This document shows, piece after piece, positions 59,605 to 64,000 of a stretch of DNA of 64,000 nt (positions within the stretch are counted from its first letter, which is position 1; every line of letters starts with the position of its first letter). The DNA is from Camelus ferus (lineage: Eukaryota): NCBI RefSeq assembly GCF_009834535.1, contig NC_045696.1, positions 68,200,001 to 68,264,000 of the forward strand, in the 5' to 3' direction. Position numbers and translations under genes: made by a program. The notes below the pieces were generated by a model, which searched no databases, was not told where the DNA came from, and saw only the letters and a program-made list of their open reading frames with translations.

Positions 59605-59800
59605 AACAATAATAGCTAACATTTATCAAGTACTTAGAGTGAGCCGAGGTGCACTACCTTATTCAGTCTTATGCAGGTTGATAATACTACTATTTCCATT
59701 TTCCAAGACAGAAGAAACCAAACTTTGGTGTTCCCCAAGAGCTGGCAAATGGTGGATTCTCTATCTGAATCCCATGATCTGGTTTCAGGACCCACTTTTT
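59605..59800 (-). mobile_element. MIR SINE
   Basis: aataatagctaacatttatcaagtactt...tatttccattttccaagacagaagaaacc. Confidence 0.8.
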
Positions 59801-60299
59801 CATCTGTTCTACCTTCTCCAAAATTTTGTGCTTTTCCATAAGCCAGAATACCATTGCTTTTCTGGCTAGATAAGGAGTTGTCTTAATCCTTTCAACCAAA
59901 GATTCCCAAATCTGAAACTCCAAAGGGCACAAATATTGTCTTCTTAGTCCTTGGAGTGACCAGAATCAATGGATTGGTTGCCACCATTTTCCCAGTATGC
60001 TGTACAAATACTATCACTTTCTAAGGATGCTGTGATACGAAAAATATTGGGAAGCATGTGGGCTGAGAAGTATATCATGACTCACTAGAAGGGTTTAGCT
60101 TGGACTTTTCACAAGTCATATCACACACATTTTACAAGATCCTATCAGGAAGGGATGCTCTGTCCCACAGATTCCAACCATCACAGCCTGAGATGGGGGT
60201 GTCACAGTCATTCCTGTATCTCCAACATGTCCATCTCAGAACCTGGCCCTAAGCTAATTCTCAGCATAGAAGTTACTTTTCTGGTTGATAGAACAGCAT

Positions 60300-60450
60300 C
60301 CCTATGTTGGCTGGAATCCTAGAAAGTTAGAGCCAGAAGAAGTTTAGAAATTTTAAGTCTGACCCAAATTGGGTAGAGAATTTTTTCAAGGTCAGTGTCA
60401 AAGTTGGAACTAAAACTCTGGTTTCTCTCACTCCCAGTCCAGGGCCCTTT
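60300..60450 (-). mobile_element. MIR3/MIR fragment
   Basis: gaaagttagagccagaaga...tcaaggtcagtgtcaaagttggaactaaaactctggtttctctcactcccagtccaggg. Confidence 0.6.
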
Positions 60451-60544
60451 TCCTACCCCCATCCCCCAGACTGATCATCAGAACTGCTTTTTGGGGGAGA
60501 TGAGGCAGAGAAAACATAACTGAAATTTTATCTTGTCTCTGCAG

Positions 60545-60807
60545 ATGTCAGGAGCGATGGAGCACCAGGGGTAGGAGAACCTACTTCCCCTGGCTCCTTC
60601 AAAGGCCACAGCCCCATGAGAACCATTCAGTCTAGCCTGAGCCACAGGCTGGGAGGCCACAGCAGTGCACAGGAAAGTGAGGGGAAGTGGAAACGTGCGA
60701 GCAGACGGCTCAAAGCAACGGGCTCACCACCGGAAAAAAAAATAAAAATAAACACGCTCAGAAATAGTGTAACTGATATGCAAAGAAGATCAAAACAAGG
60801 GTTTTAA
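60545..60807 (+). other. Candidate terminal exon (unverified)
   Basis: Strong acceptor ataactgaaattttatcttgtctctgcag|; open frame to TAA at 60807; tandem AATAAA at 60741-60752. Confidence 0.2.
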
Positions 60808-61659
60808 AATATCCCGGCTGCTTTAGAGGAGGTGGGGGCGGTAAATGAAGTGAGGTTACAAATGTGTGTCAGGGGAAGGGGGCGATAAGAGAATGGTTTG
60901 CTGCAGCCTATTAGGCCATGGGAACCTGGAACTCAAGGGTATTTCAAATGAAACTGTGGGAGGTGTAAATCCCTACGGGTAGCTCCAGGGCAGGCATGGG
61001 CTTGGGAGTGAGAGCCCCAGAGTCCCTCCACCCTGAGCTCCTCCCTCCCTGACCCCCTTGCTGTTCCTTGAGACTCTGCCCCATTTGTAGTTGTGGATAT
61101 TTCTCCTGGGACACGTCTCAGACCAGCCAGCAGAGGAAGCACCCAGAAGTCCACCCAACTTGGCTGAACTTTAAGGCCCAAGTAGCAGTTTGGAACCAAC
61201 ATTCCAGGGTTAAGGGCAGGGGCTGAGCAAACTCGTGGAAGACAGCTTCCCCAATCTCACAAAGTGTAATTCCCTTTCCTTTCAGTGTGTTGTGAAGAAC
61301 TGCAGATACGCACTCTCCCCAAAGGTTTTATTTTGAAACTGGCTCCTGAAATGGGAAACCCAGAGGTTAATGATGCCCGTGCTGGCTGTTTATAGCCTCC
61401 CTCTGCCAATGTAACAATCCCTAATAATAGTTCAAGGATCATGGGACATTTTCAGCATCAGAAGGCCATCAGTCATCAGCGTAGGTGGGGAACATATGAT
61501 TCTCTATAGATCCAAATGGTCTCATAGATTTTAACAGAGGTAAGACGCGGGCAGGAGTGGGGAGGAAGGGGTGGCCTGGGCTTGGAAATTAACCACCTCT
61601 CCTCTAGGTCTAGCATTTATACTTATGCAGAACATTCACATCTATTACCCAGTGAGATG

Positions 61660-61820
61660 GGCCAGGCAGGGGAAATCACCCCCGTTTTCCAGTTGAGAAT
61701 ACTGAGGCTCCAAGCTGAATGGCACAAGGATGCCACTGGTGACCCATAGTGCTGTGTGTTCATTCTAGGTCTCCGAGGACCTAGAGATGGGAATCAGGCC
61801 CCTTTGATCTGAACTTGAGC
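61660..61820 (-). mobile_element. MIR fragment
   Basis: cccccgttttccagttgagaatactgaggctc. Confidence 0.65.
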
Positions 61821-62239
61821 CATCCCTCTCCACCCCTTCCTTCTCCACCCTACTGTTCCTCCTCATTCTCTGAGAAAAGCAGTGCATTAAATACTTAAGC
61901 TATGGAATAGAAGATTTTTACTTTTGAGCCAACATTTTTTCCGGTGTTTCTGACTTGTTTAAGGCAAATCCTATCCCAAATTTTCTTGAAACTGATATTT
62001 AGTAGAGAACTACCAATAGATGCACGTGATTGATCCTCCTCTGATGTGCAAAGCCCAGCCCTGGGCTGGGCTGAGGTGGGAAACGGCCACATATAGGTCC
62101 ATCCTGCCTGATACAGGCTCTCTCTGAGACCACGAGAGTACCGTGGCTGACACAAACTAAGGAATGTCGCAAGGGAGAGTTCGTTGTGGGCTGAGGGTAT
62201 CCAGGGAAACTTCCAGCAGGAGGTAGCCCTTGATGAAGC

Positions 62240-62540
62240 AGCATCTTGAAGGCTAGATCTGGGTTGAAGTGTGGGGAGGGAGGTCCCGGAAAGCCACAGG
62301 ATAAAGGTCCAAAGGTTTAAAAAGTGCAGAGGACATTCAATTAGACCCGCCAGACAGAAGCAGTGGGAATAATACTGAGGGGACACTTTGAGGTCACTCT
62401 GGGGAGGGCTTTGAAGGACCAGCCGAATCATTGGCATTTTATCCTGTAGGCATGAGGAATCTCTGAAGCTCCGTGAATGTGAGAGTCTTCTGAGAAAGAC
62501 GGTGATCCAGAAAGCTCCTTTTAGCTGACTGTGCAAAATG
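62240..62540 (-). mobile_element. LINE-2 remnant
   Basis: gggctttgaaggaccagccgaatcattggcattttatcctgtaggcatgaggaatctctgaag...ttctgagaaagacggtgatc. Confidence 0.65.
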
Positions 62541-62559
62541 GATACTGTTGAGAGTGTCT

Positions 62560-62780
62560 GGGAGAAGATAGATTACCAGGAGCACTGGACTTGGAGTCAG
62601 GAGGCTGACTCCACAGTTTTCTATGTCAACTTGGTCAGATCATCCCCAGATAGACACATAAATATATATGATTATCTCCTCTCCATTGTGAAAACCTGCC
62701 ATGCCCACCCCTCAGGGAGGTCCTGGACATCACACACAATGAGGTTAAAGTGCTTTGTAAATGATAAAACTGCAGAGCAA
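62560..62780 (+). mobile_element. MIR SINE
   Basis: gagcactggacttggagtcagga...atctcctctccattgtgaaa...atgaggttaaagtgctttgtaaatgataaa. Confidence 0.75.
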
Positions 62781-63477
62781 ACTTAGGGGGAGATAACCCC
62801 GGCTGGCGGGGTGTGGTGGGAGCATGAGGAGGTTAGAGGCCCTGGGGTTGGGGGTGGGGGAAAGTTTGGTGAGTGGCCAGTTTCCATTTGGGGGGCATCT
62901 TCCCTCTGGAGAGATATCCTTTTTCCTCCCTGGCCCATCCTGTGTCACCTGGCACAGACTGGGGGGCCAGCAGAAGATGGGGGCATGTCGAGCTCACAGT
63001 CAAGAGCCAAAGATCAAAAGACCCTTGGGTTCCTCGTAACTTCCTCAAGGGAAAGAAAAAAATACCCAAGTAGCTCTTCAATCTTGAACTTGAAATAAGA
63101 ATAAACAGTTGGGTTACTGTTTTGCAGAGTTGCCGAGTAATTGTGGAGGACAAGGAAGAGTCAGTTTGCACAAGGTGGTTGGTTACTCAATGGAAAGGTC
63201 TTGCCAGTGGAGGTGTCCGGGAAGGTGCAAGCAGAAGTCAGCTTGGCTGCTCACTGGGAGGCAGGCCTTGACCTTGTAGGGAAGAGGGTTCACATGGACG
63301 AGTGGGATGAAAACTGCTGAATTGTGACTGGGTTAGGAGGGTTAGGAGAGAACCATCTGGGCTTTCGGCCAGCCCTGGGCTTCCAGTGGAAGCATTTCAC
63401 AACCTCCTCCTTTCTCTGTGGGTTATGTCCTTGGATGGAACAGCCAGTGGGGGCTTCTTGGGTGAATGAAAAATGCA

Positions 63478-63570
63478 CTGGACTGGAGACCAGAGCTCTG
63501 TGTACCAGGCTTGGCTCCATCATTGCCTGGTGGTGTGACCCTTCCTCTTGGGGCCAGAGTTAGACTAGAC
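63478..63570 (+). mobile_element. MIR 5' fragment
   Basis: gcactggactggagaccagagctctgtgtaccaggcttggctcc...tgtgacccttcctcttgggg. Confidence 0.55.
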
Positions 63571-64000
63571 TGCATGATCACTGGGGCTTCCTTCAAATGT
63601 AGGCTCCTGGGAGGTGTGGGATGGGCCAGCCTGTCTCTTCAGATTAGAACTCAGAAGAGACAGCTACTGTAAGTGAACTGACCTACAGCCCAGAGCCACG
63701 GAGTTTTGGGACCTGGTTTTAGCTCTGGCCATGACAGCAACACAGGGAATTTCAAATGAGGCCAGCTTGGGGCAGAGGAAACTGTGTGCCTGCCAACCAA
63801 GGCTTGCAGTTCAGATGAAGCAGAAAGCTGGGACCCCTTTGAGTTCACCCGCAGCGAGATTTGGAGCTCCATGTAACCAGAAGGAGAGTCTTCCAGTCAA
63901 TTCCAAGTACAAAGGCAGCATCTACCCTTTGAGCTTGGAAGAGAATAAGCCACAGATCATTTCCCTCCCACTCCCGTCTTCCTTCCCCAAGTCTCAGAAA

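Noticed and set aside
59445-59800. Inverted MIR pair as a dsRNA/miRNA source
   Set aside because: The copies appear too diverged from each other to form a long duplex.
61895-62536. Longest ORF in the track (213 aa, minus)
   Set aside because: Its 5' half lies in a decayed L2; no recognisable domain or coding-like composition; consistent with chance.
1-64000. CRISPR arrays, operons, prophage, full-length ERV or processed pseudogene; naming a host gene
   Set aside because: No regularly spaced repeats, no gag/pol/env remnants, no recognisable mRNA-derived ORF, and no exon I can match to a known protein.

Overview
This is mammalian non-coding DNA, most likely camelid (camel, alpaca or llama). 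The assignment rests on one tRNA-Ala-derived Vic-1-type SINE at ~40.7-40.9 kb and Cetartiodactyla-type L1 3' ends, with no recognisable Alu, Bov-A/Bov-B, PRE-1 or CAN-SINE. I found no supportable protein-coding gene, functional tRNA, rRNA or CRISPR array. The only ORFs with recognisable protein content are LINE-1 ORF2 remnants. The window is a mosaic of ancient repeats (about 40 MIR fragments, about 12 L2 remnants, old L1M pieces, four MaLR solo LTRs, MER3/MER5A/MER63) and seven younger L1 3' ends, several with visible target-site duplications (TSDs). It also has three N gaps (157, 169 and 199 bp) and several repeat-free islands with enhancer-like motif clusters. A weak antisense bias of L1 and several plus-strand splice signals suggest a long intron of a plus-strand gene or lncRNA, which I cannot name. 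The best-supported unusual observations are small: (1) a 148-bp tailless insert between a perfect 16-bp TSD at an L1-endonuclease site, (2) an L1 carrying a 20-nt 3' transduction, (3) a perfected 13-bp hairpin inside an L2, and (4) candidate micro-exons, a recursive-type splice site and a terminal exon. I see no direct evidence of a new multi-gene system. Repeat family names come from recalled consensus sequences, not a database search, and boundaries of old repeats are approximate (+/-30 bp).
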